The position numbers and the translations under genes were made by a program. Shown one piece after another: positions 45,887 through 55,594 of a DNA stretch of 64,000 nt (position 1 is its first letter; the number at the start of each line of letters is the position of its first letter). The stretch is from an uncultured Actinomycetota bacterium (GTDB lineage Bacteria; Actinomycetota; Actinomycetes; Mycobacteriales; Micromonosporaceae). The DNA lies in assembly GCA_963794685.1 (NCBI GenBank), contig CAWCFK010000013.1, positions 139,678-203,677 of the forward strand, read 5' to 3'. The notes below the pieces were generated by a model. It saw only the letters and a program-made list of their open reading frames with translations. It did no database searches and was not told where the DNA came from.

Positions 45887-48460
45887 GTGCTGCCCGACAT
45901 CCAGACCAGTCCGGCCAGCCGGCTGCCGGTCCGCGCGGTGCTGGCCGACGTGGTCTGCGCGCTGGCCGGTGGCGGCGCGGCCGTGCTGGTCGCACCCCCG
46001 GGGGCGGGCAAGACCACGCTGGTACCGCTGGCCCTGGCCGACGCCCTGCCGGGTCGTATCGTGGTGGCCCAGCCGCGCCGGGTGGCGGCCCGGGCGGCCG
46101 CCCGCCGGATGGCCGATCTGGCCGGCGACCCGGTCGGCCGGTCGGTCGGGTTCTCGGTACGCGGCGAGAGCCGGGTAGGGCCGCACACCCGCGTCGAGGT
46201 GGTCACCACCGGGCTGCTGGTACGCCGCCTGCAGCACGACCCGGAACTGCCCGGGGTCGCCGCGGTGATGCTGGACGAGTGCCACGAGCGGCACCTGGAC
46301 TCCGATCTGGCGCTGGCCTTCCTGGTGGACGTGCGGGCGGTCCTGCGCCCGGACCTGGCGCTGCTGGCCACCTCGGCGACGGCCGACGCCGAGCGGCTGG
46401 CCGGCTGCCTGGGCGGCGACCGGCCGGTACCCACGATCAGCGCGCAGGTGCCGGCCTTCCCCACCGACATCGTCTGGGCTCCCCCGCCGACCACCGTCCG
46501 CCCCGCCTACGGGCTCCAGGTGGACCCGCGCCTGCTCGACCACGTGGCGGCGACGGTACGGCGGGCACTGCGCGAGGCCACCGGCGACATCCTGGTGTTC
46601 CTGCCCGGCGTAGGCGAGATCACCACGGTGGCCGGCCGGCTGGCCGACCTGACCGGCGACGTCGACGTGCTGCGGTTGCACGGCCGGCAGAGCACCGGTG
46701 CCCAGGACGCGGCGCTGGTACCCGGTACCCGACGCCGGGTCGTGCTGGCCACCGCGCTGGCCGAGAGCAGCCTCACGGTGCCCGGCGTACGGGTGGTGGT
46801 GGACGCCGGGCTGGCCCGCGAGCCGCGTACCGACCATGCCCGCGGGTTGGCGGCGCTGGTCACCGTCCGGGTGGACCGGGCGGCGGCCACCCAGCGGGCC
46901 GGCCGGGCCGGTCGGGAGGGCCCCGGCCGGGTGTACCGGTGCTGGTCGGCCGCCGAGCACGAGCGGCTCGCGCCGCACGCCCGGCCGCAGATCGCGGTCG
47001 CCGACCTCACCGGCTTCGCCCTCGACCTGGCCTGCTGGGGCCAGCCGGACGGAGTCGGGCTGCGCCTGCCCGACCCGCCGCCGCCGGCCGCGCTGCGGGT
47101 GGCCCGGGACACCCTCACCGCGCTGGGCGCGCTGCACGCCGACGGCCGGGCGACCGGGCGGGGACGGCGCATCGCCGCCGTGGGTACCCATCCCCGCCTG
47201 GCCCGCGCCCTGCTCGACGGCGCCGATCTCGTGGGCGCGCAGCGCGCCGCACAGGTCGTCGCCGTACTGGCCGAGGAGAGCACCGGCGGGCAGGACGACC
47301 TGGTGGCGCTGTGGCGTCGGCTGCGTAACGGCGTGGACCGGGCGGCCACCGCCCGCTGGCACGAGGAGGTGCGCCGGCTCACCTCCCGGCTCGGCCGCCG
47401 GGCCGGGACGACGACTGCCGGAGCGACCGGCGATCCCGGTCCGGACAGCCGAAGCGTCGGCCCGGTACGGGACGCCGCGGCGGGTCCGGACGACCTCGCG
47501 GCGGGCCTGGTGGTGGGGCTGGCCTTTCCGGAGCGGATCGCCCGCGCCCGGACCGCCGGCTCCCGGGACTACCTGATGGCCGGCGGTACCGCCGCGGAAC
47601 TGGCGGCCGGCTCGACGCTGCCCGGCTCGGGCTGGCTCGCCGTCGCCGTCGCCGACCGCGCCCCGGGACAGGTCAACGCCCGGGTGCGGCTGGCCGCCGT
47701 GGTCGACGAGGCGACCGCCCGGCGCGCCGGTGCCGGGCTGCTCACCCGGCGCGCCGAGGTGGCCTGGGTCGACGGCGACGTGGCCGCCCGGACCGTCGAA
47801 CGGTTGGGCGCCATCGTGCTGGCCGAGGAGCGGCTGAGCCGGCCCGATCCGGCGCTGGTCGCCGACGCCGTCCGGGCCGGGCTGCGCCACGACGGGCTCG
47901 CCCTGCTCAGCTGGGGGCCGGGCGCGGTGGCGCTGCGCGACCGGCTCGCCTTCTGCCACCTGGCTTTCGGCCCACCCTGGCCGGCCGTGGACGACGCCGG
48001 CCTGCTCGACCGGCTGGACGACTGGCTCGGACCGGAGCTGGCCCGCAGCCGCAACCGCGCCGACCTGGCGCGGGTCGACGTCGCCGGGGCGCTGCGCCGG
48101 CTGCTCGGCCACCGGGAGGCCGCCCGCCTCGCCACAGTCGCCCCGGAACGCCTCACCGTCCCGAGCGGTTCGCAGCTACGGGTGGACTACCAGGACCCGG
48201 CCGCGCCGGTGCTCGCCGTGAAGATCCAGGAGGCCTTCGGCTGGACGGCCGCGCCACGGATCGCCGACGGGCGCGTCACCGTCCTGCTGCACCTGCTCTC
48301 CCCGGCTGGCCGGCCGGCCGCGGTGACCCGGGACCTGCCGTCCTTCTGGCGCACGGGCTATCCGCAGGTACGCGCCGAACTGCGTGGCCGCTACCCCCGG
48401 CACCCGTGGCCGGAGGACCCGACCAGCGCCCCGCCCACCCGCCGCGCCGCGCGCCGCTGA
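45887..48460 (+). CDS. hrpB: ATP-dependent RNA helicase HrpB (DEAH-box)
   Basis: C-terminal 858 codons of the 43916-48460 ORF. Motifs APPGAGKTT, MLDECHERH, TSAT, a C-terminal HrpB domain and the tail WRTGYPQVRAELRGRYPRHPWPEDP. Start set at GTG 45887. Confidence 0.9.
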   Translation: MLPDIQTSPASRLPVRAVLADVVCALAGGGAAVLVAPPGAGKTTLVPLALADALPGRIVVAQPRRVAARAAARRMADLAGDPVGRSVGFSVRGESRVGPHTRVEVVTTGLLVRRLQHDPELPGVAAVMLDECHERHLDSDLALAFLVDVRAVLRPDLALLATSATADAERLAGCLGGDRPVPTISAQVPAFPTDIVWAPPPTTVRPAYGLQVDPRLLDHVAATVRRALREATGDILVFLPGVGEITTVAGRLADLTGDVDVLRLHGRQSTGAQDAALVPGTRRRVVLATALAESSLTVPGVRVVVDAGLAREPRTDHARGLAALVTVRVDRAAATQRAGRAGREGPGRVYRCWSAAEHERLAPHARPQIAVADLTGFALDLACWGQPDGVGLRLPDPPPPAALRVARDTLTALGALHADGRATGRGRRIAAVGTHPRLARALLDGADLVGAQRAAQVVAVLAEESTGGQDDLVALWRRLRNGVDRAATARWHEEVRRLTSRLGRRAGTTTAGATGDPGPDSRSVGPVRDAAAGPDDLAAGLVVGLAFPERIARARTAGSRDYLMAGGTAAELAAGSTLPGSGWLAVAVADRAPGQVNARVRLAAVVDEATARRAGAGLLTRRAEVAWVDGDVAARTVERLGAIVLAEERLSRPDPALVADAVRAGLRHDGLALLSWGPGAVALRDRLAFCHLAFGPPWPAVDDAGLLDRLDDWLGPELARSRNRADLARVDVAGALRRLLGHREAARLATVAPERLTVPSGSQLRVDYQDPAAPVLAVKIQEAFGWTAAPRIADGRVTVLLHLLSPAGRPAAVTRDLPSFWRTGYPQVRAELRGRYPRHPWPEDPTSAPPTRRAARR

Positions 48461-48558
48461 ACCCCCGGGACAGCCCCACGGTCAGCAGCGGAACAGCTTG
48501 CAGCCGGTGGTAGTCGCGGGCGCCAGGATCCGGCCGGGGCAATCGCGATCGGCCGGAG

Positions 48559-49650
48559 CTAGTGTCCTGCGCCGGAAATTCGTCGGCAAAATCGTGCGAG
48601 TGACTCGAGGATCTCTTCGGCGGTCTTCGTCCAGATGAATGGCCGTGGGTTGCTGTTCCAGTCGGCGATCCACGATCGGATGTCGGCTTCGAGGGCCTGG
48701 ACGGACTTGTGCGCGCCGCGGCGGATCTTCTGGTCGGTGAGGAACCCGAACCAGCGTTCGACCTGGTTGATCCAGGAGGACCCTGTTGGGGTGAAGTGCA
48801 GGTGGAACCGGGGGTGGCGGGCCAGCCAGGTCCGCACCGCCGGGGTCTTGTGGGTGCCGTAGTTGTCGCAGATCAGATGCACGTCCAGTTCCGTCGGGAC
48901 GGCCTTGTCGATCGTGATCAGAAACTTCTTGAACTCGATCGCCCGGTGTTGGCGGTGCAGTTCGCTGATCACCGTGCCGTCAGCAATGTTGAACGCGGCG
49001 AACAGGCTGGTGATGCCGTTACGGACGTAGTCGTGGGTGCGCCGTTCCGGCATGCCGGGCATCATCGGCAGCACCGGCTGGGACCGATCCAGCGCCTGCA
49101 CCTGGCTCTTCTCGTCCACGCACAGCACCACCGCCCGCTCGGGCGGATTGTGGTACAGCCCGACCACGTCAACGACCTTCTCCACGAACAACGGATCCGT
49201 GGACAGCTTGAACGTGTCCGCCCGGTGCGGTTTGAGGCCGAAGTCCCGCCAGATCCGCCCGATCGTCGACTTCGACAGCCCCGACCGGTCCGCCATCGAC
49301 GTACGCGACCAGTGCGTGGCGTTGCGCGGGGTCTGCTCCAGGGTCGCCACCACCACGTCCTCAACCCGGTCCAGGGCGATCGAGGGCGGCCGGCCGGGTC
49401 GGTCCTCGTCCAGCAGTCCACCGAGGCGATCATGCAGAAACCGTGAACGCCACTTGCCGACCGTCATCCGGTTCACCGCAACCCGTTCAGCAACCTCCAC
49501 ATTAGACAATCCGTCGGCGCAGGCCAGGATGATCCGACACCGCACCGCGAGCGCCTGCGACGACTTCGCCCGCCGACACCACCGTTCCAGCGTCGAACGT
49601 TCGTCATCGCTGAGCACCAACTCGGCGCGGGGCCGGCCACGACCTGACAT
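48559..49650 (-). CDS. IS630-family (DDE, Tc1/mariner-like) transposase
   Basis: 363 aa and intact. An N-terminal HTH region (LSNVEVAERVAVNRMTVGKWRSRF) then a DDE_3-like core (VLCVDEKSQVQAL...ICDNYGTHKT...SWINQVERWF). Confidence 0.92.
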   Translation of the reverse strand: MSGRGRPRAELVLSDDERSTLERWCRRAKSSQALAVRCRIILACADGLSNVEVAERVAVNRMTVGKWRSRFLHDRLGGLLDEDRPGRPPSIALDRVEDVVVATLEQTPRNATHWSRTSMADRSGLSKSTIGRIWRDFGLKPHRADTFKLSTDPLFVEKVVDVVGLYHNPPERAVVLCVDEKSQVQALDRSQPVLPMMPGMPERRTHDYVRNGITSLFAAFNIADGTVISELHRQHRAIEFKKFLITIDKAVPTELDVHLICDNYGTHKTPAVRTWLARHPRFHLHFTPTGSSWINQVERWFGFLTDQKIRRGAHKSVQALEADIRSWIADWNSNPRPFIWTKTAEEILESLARFCRRISGAGH

Positions 49651-49698
49651 GACCCACAGCCTACATTTAGATTATGAATTTCCGGCGCAGGACACTAG
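48559..49698 (-). mobile_element. IS630-family insertion sequence with perfect 23-bp terminal inverted repeats and a TA target duplication
   Basis: CTAGTGTCCTGCGCCGGAAATTC at 48559-48581 is the exact reverse complement of 49676-49698. TA at 48560-48561 and at 49696-49697 flanks the element body (48562-49695). Confidence 0.9.
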
Positions 49699-50969
49699 CG
49701 GTCGACGGTCACGGTCAGCGTCGGTGCTCCGCGGCTGACGGCGAAGGGCGCCTGGCCGTCGTCGGTGGACACCCGGTAGTCGCCGAAGAAGCCGCGCACC
49801 CGGACCCGTCCGTCGCCGTCGGTACGCAGGCTGGTCGGGGCCAGCCACCACTCCCCCTTGATCAGCCTCTCCAGTGCCGTGTAGGAAGGCTTGCGGCTGC
49901 CGTCGGCGCGGACCAGGCCGATCGGCGCGCCGAGCCACGCACCCGCGTCGCTGAGCCCCCAGTAGTTGATCGACTGCACCGCCGGGTGTCCGACGAGCAG
50001 CCGGTAGTGGCGCTCGATCTCGTCGGCCTGGCGCGCCTCGCCCTCCGGTGTCGTCGGCCAGTGCGGGATCTGGTAGTCGTTGAGGTCCTCGATATCGGCG
50101 GGCATCAGGTGGCCGGAGACGAGGCTGGTCTCGGTCAGCTGCAGCGGCAGGCCGAACCTGGCGAACCGGTCCAGCATCCCGGACAGGTACTCCTCGCCGT
50201 GGAAACCCTGGTGCATATGGGTTTGCAGCCCGATCGCATCGACCGGCACGCCCGCCTCCAGGACGCCTTCGATGAGGCACTCGTAGGCTGACGAGAGGTC
50301 GAAGTCGTTGAGTACCAGGGTGGCTGACGGATTCGCCGCCCGCGCCTCCTCGAACGCCATGCGTACCATGAAGATTCGGCCCCGGGCGTGGGCGAGTCGG
50401 GTGATGGCGTTGTCGCCGTTGGTGAACACCGGCATGATGACGGCCTCGTTGATGGCGTCCCAGGTGTCGATCAGTCCGGCGAAGCCGCCCACGAGATCGC
50501 GGATACGCTGGCGCAGCAGCGCCTCCACCTCGTCCAGCGGCAGGTCGAGCAGCCACGGGGGTTGCACCGTGTGCCACACCAGCGGGTGCCCCTTGAGGCT
50601 GACGCCACGGGCGGCCAGCCAGCGCGCGGTGGCGGTCAACCGGGCAGCGTCCGGTTCGCCCCGGCGGGGCTCGTAGCGGCCCCAGTAAAACGGCAGTGTC
50701 GCGGTGTTGAACAGGTTCAGCAGCACTCCGCCGACCTCGTCCAGGACCAGGTCGGCGGCGCCACCGAAGCTCTCGACCTGCCCCTGGGCCGCGGTGTCCG
50801 CGCCGCCGACGAGCGGGACGAGGTCGAATCCGATGTTGCTGAAGGCGAAGGCGTGCCGCTGCTGTTCCACGGTCACCGTCCGGTCGCGCAGCGGCTGTCC
50901 GTCGCGGTCGAGGACCTGGACCGTCACCTCACCGACGCGGTGCCCGATCGCCGCCCGTGCTGTGTCCAT
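49695..50969 (-). CDS. intracellular GH10-like beta-1,4-xylanase family protein
   Basis: No signal peptide. Motifs LKGHPLVWH, WDAINEA (acid/base context) and LQLTETS (nucleophile context). ATG 50969 after GGGGGAG. The stop TAG sits on the IS630 target TA. Confidence 0.8.
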   Translation of the reverse strand: MDTARAAIGHRVGEVTVQVLDRDGQPLRDRTVTVEQQRHAFAFSNIGFDLVPLVGGADTAAQGQVESFGGAADLVLDEVGGVLLNLFNTATLPFYWGRYEPRRGEPDAARLTATARWLAARGVSLKGHPLVWHTVQPPWLLDLPLDEVEALLRQRIRDLVGGFAGLIDTWDAINEAVIMPVFTNGDNAITRLAHARGRIFMVRMAFEEARAANPSATLVLNDFDLSSAYECLIEGVLEAGVPVDAIGLQTHMHQGFHGEEYLSGMLDRFARFGLPLQLTETSLVSGHLMPADIEDLNDYQIPHWPTTPEGEARQADEIERHYRLLVGHPAVQSINYWGLSDAGAWLGAPIGLVRADGSRKPSYTALERLIKGEWWLAPTSLRTDGDGRVRVRGFFGDYRVSTDDGQAPFAVSRGAPTLTVTVDR

Positions 50970-51168
50970 GCCACTCCCCCGCCCGCTGCCGGCAACGGCG
51001 ATCATCGTAGTCCCTCGATCATTGGCGCCGCCGCAGGCACGTCACACGCGGCCGGCAACAATGCCGTCGGGGCGGTTTGGTCGCGTACCGGCGGGGTAGC
51101 CGTCGGTCAGGGCAGAAGCAGCGGACCGGGACCGGACGGTGGCCGGCCGGACTTCGCGGGAGACAGCC

Positions 51169-51423
51169 GTGCGGGTTGCGGTCGTCGGGGCCACCGGGAA
51201 TGTCGGTACCGCCGTGCTCCGGGCGTTGCGTACGGACAGCCGCATCAGCGCGGTGGCCGGGGTGGCCCGCCGCCTACCCAAGGCCGAGGGGCCGTACGCG
51301 GGGGTGCGCTGGCACTGGCGGGCGGGCTACGGGGGCGGCCGCCCGGCACGGCGATCCGTACTGAACCCACCGGGGGGTTTGCTGTTCGCTGGACTCAGCG
51401 CGTCGCTGCGCTGTTCGGGTTGA
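51169..51423 (+). pseudogene. N-terminal fragment of an NAD(P)-dependent epimerase/dehydratase-type gene
   Basis: GTG 51169 after GGGAGA gives VRVAVVGATGNVGTAVLRALRTDSRISAVAGVARRLP..YAGVRW (Rossmann GxxGxxG). The sequence then loses all similarity and overlaps the convergent lipoprotein gene. Confidence 0.45.
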
Positions 51424-52450
51424 CCATCAGGACTGTGGTGTCGACGGCTTCGAAGTCGTTGCCGGTGAGCGTGGCCAGCGCGTGCAGGGCGTCGTTGTTC
51501 CACCCGGGATCGGGTGCGCCGGACAGGTACCACGGTGAGCCGTTGTCGGCGACGATGACGCCGTAGCGGGCCATCGCGGTCGCAACGATGCGGGCCTGGC
51601 TGGGTAGCCTGCTGATGTCCACGCTGGCCTTCAGCCGCAGCCGCAGCCCCATCGGCGGGAGGTTGGCCGCTGACTCGCCGCCCGCCTGGTGCCGGGCCGG
51701 CCAGACGTAGGAGTTGCGGGTGTGCGGCACGGTGACCCGGATGGCGTGGTCGATCCGGCCGGCCGCCACTTGGGGATAGCGCACCAGGCCGGGCAGGATG
51801 GGCAGGCCGGCGGCGTCCGCCGAGGTCCAGCCGGCGTGGCGCAGCGCGTTGGAGCGCAGGTCGTAGATTGCCCCGGAGCCGGCCTTCCAGGCGCCCCCGG
51901 TGCCCGGGTAGGCGGCGTAGAGCTCGTAGTCGCGGCAGGCGACCGGGTCGTAGAGCAGCACGTGCCGGTCCCCTGTGCTGGTCGGGCCGCCTTCGACCGC
52001 CACGCCGGCCGGGATCGGGTAGGGACCGGCGTCGCTCTCGGCGGCGTACCCGAAAGTGACCTTGACCTTGGGTTGTGTCGCGCTGACCGTGGTCACCGGA
52101 ATGCCGATGGGTGCGCCCTGGTAGAGACCGGAACCGAAGTCGGCGTGCACCGGCGCGCTCGCCCCGATGGCAGCCACCAGCGCTGCCGAGTTGGCCAGTA
52201 CCGGCGCGTGCGAGACGTCGGCGTGCCAGACGTTGTCGGCCGGGAAGAGCGGACAGGCAGCGGCCGGTGCGGCACTGCTGGCGGCCGTGCCGGGACTGCT
52301 GCTGGCGCTGGCGGTCGGGCTGCCGGCGGGCTGCGCGGCGAGCCTGGGGCGGCCGGAGGTCGCACCGCCGGTCGACGGCCCTCCGGCCGACGAGCAGCCG
52401 GCGAGCAGGAGCAGGGCGCCGCAGGCGGCAACCACGAGTCGGTTGTACAC
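51395..52450 (-). CDS. conserved secreted lipoprotein of unknown function
   Basis: 351 aa. Lipobox LLLAGC, a Ser/Ala/Pro-rich linker, then a domain with motifs FPADNVWH, GIPVTTV, DRHVLLYD, WTSADAAGLPILPGLVRY, HAIRVTVP, ADNGSPWYLSG. No named family recalled. Confidence 0.7.
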   Translation of the reverse strand: MYNRLVVAACGALLLLAGCSSAGGPSTGGATSGRPRLAAQPAGSPTASASSSPGTAASSAAPAAACPLFPADNVWHADVSHAPVLANSAALVAAIGASAPVHADFGSGLYQGAPIGIPVTTVSATQPKVKVTFGYAAESDAGPYPIPAGVAVEGGPTSTGDRHVLLYDPVACRDYELYAAYPGTGGAWKAGSGAIYDLRSNALRHAGWTSADAAGLPILPGLVRYPQVAAGRIDHAIRVTVPHTRNSYVWPARHQAGGESAANLPPMGLRLRLKASVDISRLPSQARIVATAMARYGVIVADNGSPWYLSGAPDPGWNNDALHALATLTGNDFEAVDTTVLMVNPNSAATR

Positions 52451-52561
52451 CGGCTGATTCTGCCCCGCCGCGCGCAGCGCGGCTACACGGCGCCGGCATC
52501 CGTGGCACGGCTTCCCCGGCGGTGGCCTGACCGCCGGGGAAGCCGTGGTCCGTCGAGGGGG

Positions 52562-54098
52562 TCAGGGGCTGCTGCAGGTCAGTGTCGGTGTGCTGGGTGC
52601 TCCGTTGGCGAGGAAGCCGAGCGTGGTGGTCGCGTTCGCGCCCAGTGAGCCGTTCCAGCTGAGGTTCTTCACCGTCACCGAGGTACCGCTGACGGTCAGC
52701 GCGCCGCCCCAGAGCTGGGTGATCGTCTGGCCGCTGGCCAGCGTCCAGCGCGCCGTCCAGCCGCTGATCGGCGCGCTGCCGGCGCGCACGGTCACCTCGC
52801 CCTGGAATCCGCCGGGCCAGAAACCGACCGTCGTGTAGGTCGCGGAGCATCCGCCGGCCCGGGACGGACTGGCACTGACCGACGCCGGCGGAATGGTCGG
52901 CGGCGCACTCGACGGCGGCGGGCTGCTCGGCGGCGCACTGGACGCCGGCGGGCTGCTCGGCGGCGCACTCGACGGCGGCGCACTCGACGGCGGCGGGCTG
53001 CTGGCGGGTGGGCTGGTGGCTCCCTTGTACTGCGCGGCCACCTGGGCGAGGTCGGTCCCCGTTCCCTTCAGGTAGCTCTCGTTGACCCAGTTGGTGAAGG
53101 CGGTCTGGGTGGTCGACGACGAGGTGCCCGACCAGAGCTCCTCCTTGTCCTGGTCGAAGTAGGTGATCAGTTTGAGGTCTGGGTAGCGGCCCGACTTCAG
53201 GGCGGTGGACGTGTCGGCGATCCACTGTGCCTTGTTGCCGCCGTCCTCGCTGGAGGCGACCTCGCCGATCATCACCGGGCGCTTCGGGGCAACGGCGCGT
53301 GCCTTGGCGTAGGCACTGGCGAACATGGAGTCGAAGCTGGTCCAGTGGTTGCCGCCCGGGTCCCAGGACGGGCCCAGGCCCCAGTTGTAGCCGTCGATGC
53401 CGACCCAGTCGACGTAGGCGTCGCCGGGGTAGGACTGGGCCGGGTCGTTGTAGGACGCGTCGGGGGTGGAGCCGTTGTTGAAGCACCACACCCACTGGAC
53501 GTTGGTGGCGCCGGCGGCCACCACGAGGTCGTGGACGTGCCGGTAGGCGCTGACGTACAGCGAAGGATTGTTGCCGTTGTTGGCGATGCCCCAGGGGTAC
53601 CAGTTGCCGTTGAACTCGTGGCCCCAGCGCACCATGACCGGCACGCCTGCCGAGGCGAACTCCGCGCCGCGGCGCTCTGATGTAGCTGTCCCACCTGCCG
53701 TCGATGATGTCCTGGAGGTGGATCTGGTTGGGGTCGCTCACGCCCAGCGCGGTGTTCCACGGTTCCCAGGTGTAGTGCAGCATGACGCCCTGGCTCCACA
53801 GGGCCTTGGCGTCAGCGGCGATGAAGGCGTTGCCGGTGGCCCAACTGTCGAACCACAGGACGCTGGCCGGGGTGACTCCGTAGCGGCTGACCGTGCCCGA
53901 GGGGATCTCGGTGGCGCTGGTCTGCCGGAAGATCCCGAGGTACTTGGTCGACGCGTCCGCGGCGGCCGCGGTGAAGGCGGGCACGGCCAGCGCCGCGCAG
54001 AGCAGGAGGCCGGCGGCCGTAAGGATCGAGGCGGCACGCAGCCGCCCCGGCCGGGGTTTCACAGGTCGACCGGGCAGTGGCGGGGACGGATTGCCCAT
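52562..54098 (-). pseudogene. secreted GH26 beta-mannanase-like enzyme fused to a C-terminal CBM2, with one +1 frame break
   Basis: ATG 54098 after GAAGGAG. N-terminal part ...YLGIFRQ...VMLHYTWEPW...IIDGRWDSYI. The frame switches near 53675 and continues ERRGAEFASAGVPVMVRWGHEFNGNWYPWG...IGEVASSE. (PPSSA)n linker. CSATYTTVGFWPGGFQGEVTV...LTCSSP. Confidence 0.82.
52862..53014 (-). repeat. in-frame tandem repeat array encoding the (PPSSA/PPASS)n linker
   Basis: Same 15-bp repeat type as 41947-42120. Confidence 0.8.
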
Positions 54099-54319
54099 GA
54101 CGCTCCTTCGATGACGTGACCAGTGATGTGGCGTCATCCTCCGACCGCCGTAGACCAGCCGTCATCAGTAGCGACTACGGGTATCTATTTCTGCACGTCA
54201 GTAGCTTGAAAGGAACGAATCATTCTGAAAATTTCGAGAAACATCCGCACGGTACGGTGCGGCATGGGCGCCGGCCCGGCGGTCCGGGGTTGCACGTTCT
54301 GCTGCGCGGGCCGGTCCGG

Positions 54320-55369
54320 ATCAGTTCGCCGGCGGTGCCGTGCTGCCCCGCACCACCAGGCTGGTGGGCAGCTCGACCCGGTCGTGCTCGGGCGCCTCCC
54401 CGCCGACCATGCGCAGCAGCATGGTCGGCCGCGGTCGCGCCCATCTCCGCCAGCGGCTGGCGCACGGTGGTCAGCGGCGGGGCTCTGCCAGCGTACGAAC
54501 GGCAGGTCGTCGAAGCCCACCACGCTGAGCTCCTGCGGGACGCGCAGGCCCAGCTCGCGGGCCGCCTCGTAGACGCCGAGCGCCTGTAGGTCGTTGGCGG
54601 CGAAGACGGCGGTGGGGCGGTCGGCCCGGCGCAGCAGCGCATGCGCCTGCGCCTGGCCGCCCTCGACATACAGCGGACCGGTGCGCACCAGCCCGGGGTC
54701 GAACGGCTCACCCCGGCCATCTCCAGTCGCGGCCCGGTAGCCGTCGAACCTCGCCCGACAGCACAGGTACGTGTCCGGACCGTTGATCATCGCGATCCGC
54801 CGGTGCCCGAGGCCGAGCAGGTGTCGGGCCGCGATCAGCCCGCCGTTCCAGTTGGTGGCGCCGACCGAGGGAATGGCGTGCGCCGGTTCGCCGGTGGGGT
54901 CGAGCGCCACCAGCGGGATCGCCCGGCTGCTCAGCTGGGCGTACTGGCGGTTGCTCAGATCCGCGGAGACGGCGATGACACCGGCCGGGCGGCGGGCGAG
55001 CAGCTGCTCCGTCCAGGCCCGCCCCGGGGTGAGCCGGCCCTGCATCTCGGTGAGCGCGACCGCCAGGCCCCGACCACGGATCGCCTGCTCGACACCGCGG
55101 ATGATTTCCAGCGCCCACAGGCTGTCCAGCGCCTGGAAGAGGAGCTCCACGATGGGCACGTACCCGGTCGACGACTCGGCCCGCTGGTACCCGTGCTCGC
55201 GGATGATCTCCTCGATCCGCTGGCGGGTGTCGAGGGCGACGCCGGAGTGGCCGTTGAGCACCTTCGACACGGTCGGCGCGGAGACACCGGCGAGGCGCGC
55301 GATGTGGGCCACGGTGATCTCGCGCCTCGGTCGGCGGCTCGTCGGGGTGTCGGGGCCGGTGGAGCTCAC
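54320..55369 (-). pseudogene. LacI-family transcriptional regulator with two +1 frame breaks near the 3' end
   Basis: N-terminus ITVAHIARLAGVSAPTVSKVLNGHSGVALDTRQRIEEIIREHGY. After ...VVGFDDLPFVRWQS the conserved tail runs PPLTTVRQPLAEMGATAAD (next frame, switch near 54482), then MLLRMVGGEAPEHDRVELPTSLVVRGSTAPPAN-stop (next frame, switch near 54425). Confidence 0.8.
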
Positions 55370-55531
55370 GCCTGCATGGTACGGGACCCCTCAGGCCACC
55401 GGCCTGACCGCAATTTCCACGGCCGGCCGGCGATCCACCGGGGACGTCGGATCGACAGCAGTCACCGTCCGGCACTGCCGGTATCCACTCTGTCCGGGGT
55501 ACGAGCGGCGCAGTCGCGCCGTCCGGCGCGG

Positions 55532-55560
55532 TTGACCACCGTGCGGACCCGTCATATGTT
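55532..55560 (+). promoter_or_regulatory. sigma70-like promoter: -35 TTGACC, 17-nt spacer, -10 TATGTT
   Basis: Read directly, 35 nt upstream of the GH43 ATG (55595). Confidence 0.4.
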
Positions 55561-55594
55561 CGGCTGCCCGGCGCCGCCGCAGAACGGAGTACCG

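Noticed and set aside
45743-48112. 789-aa minus-strand ORF. Similar long ORFs occur at 8306-10186 (-), 1467-2290 (+), 28251-29909 (+), 33137-35380 (+) and 59964-62420 (+).
   Set aside because: All of them are antisense or out of frame relative to genes with clear family signatures. All have the Arg/Gly/Pro-rich composition of non-coding frames in GC-rich DNA.
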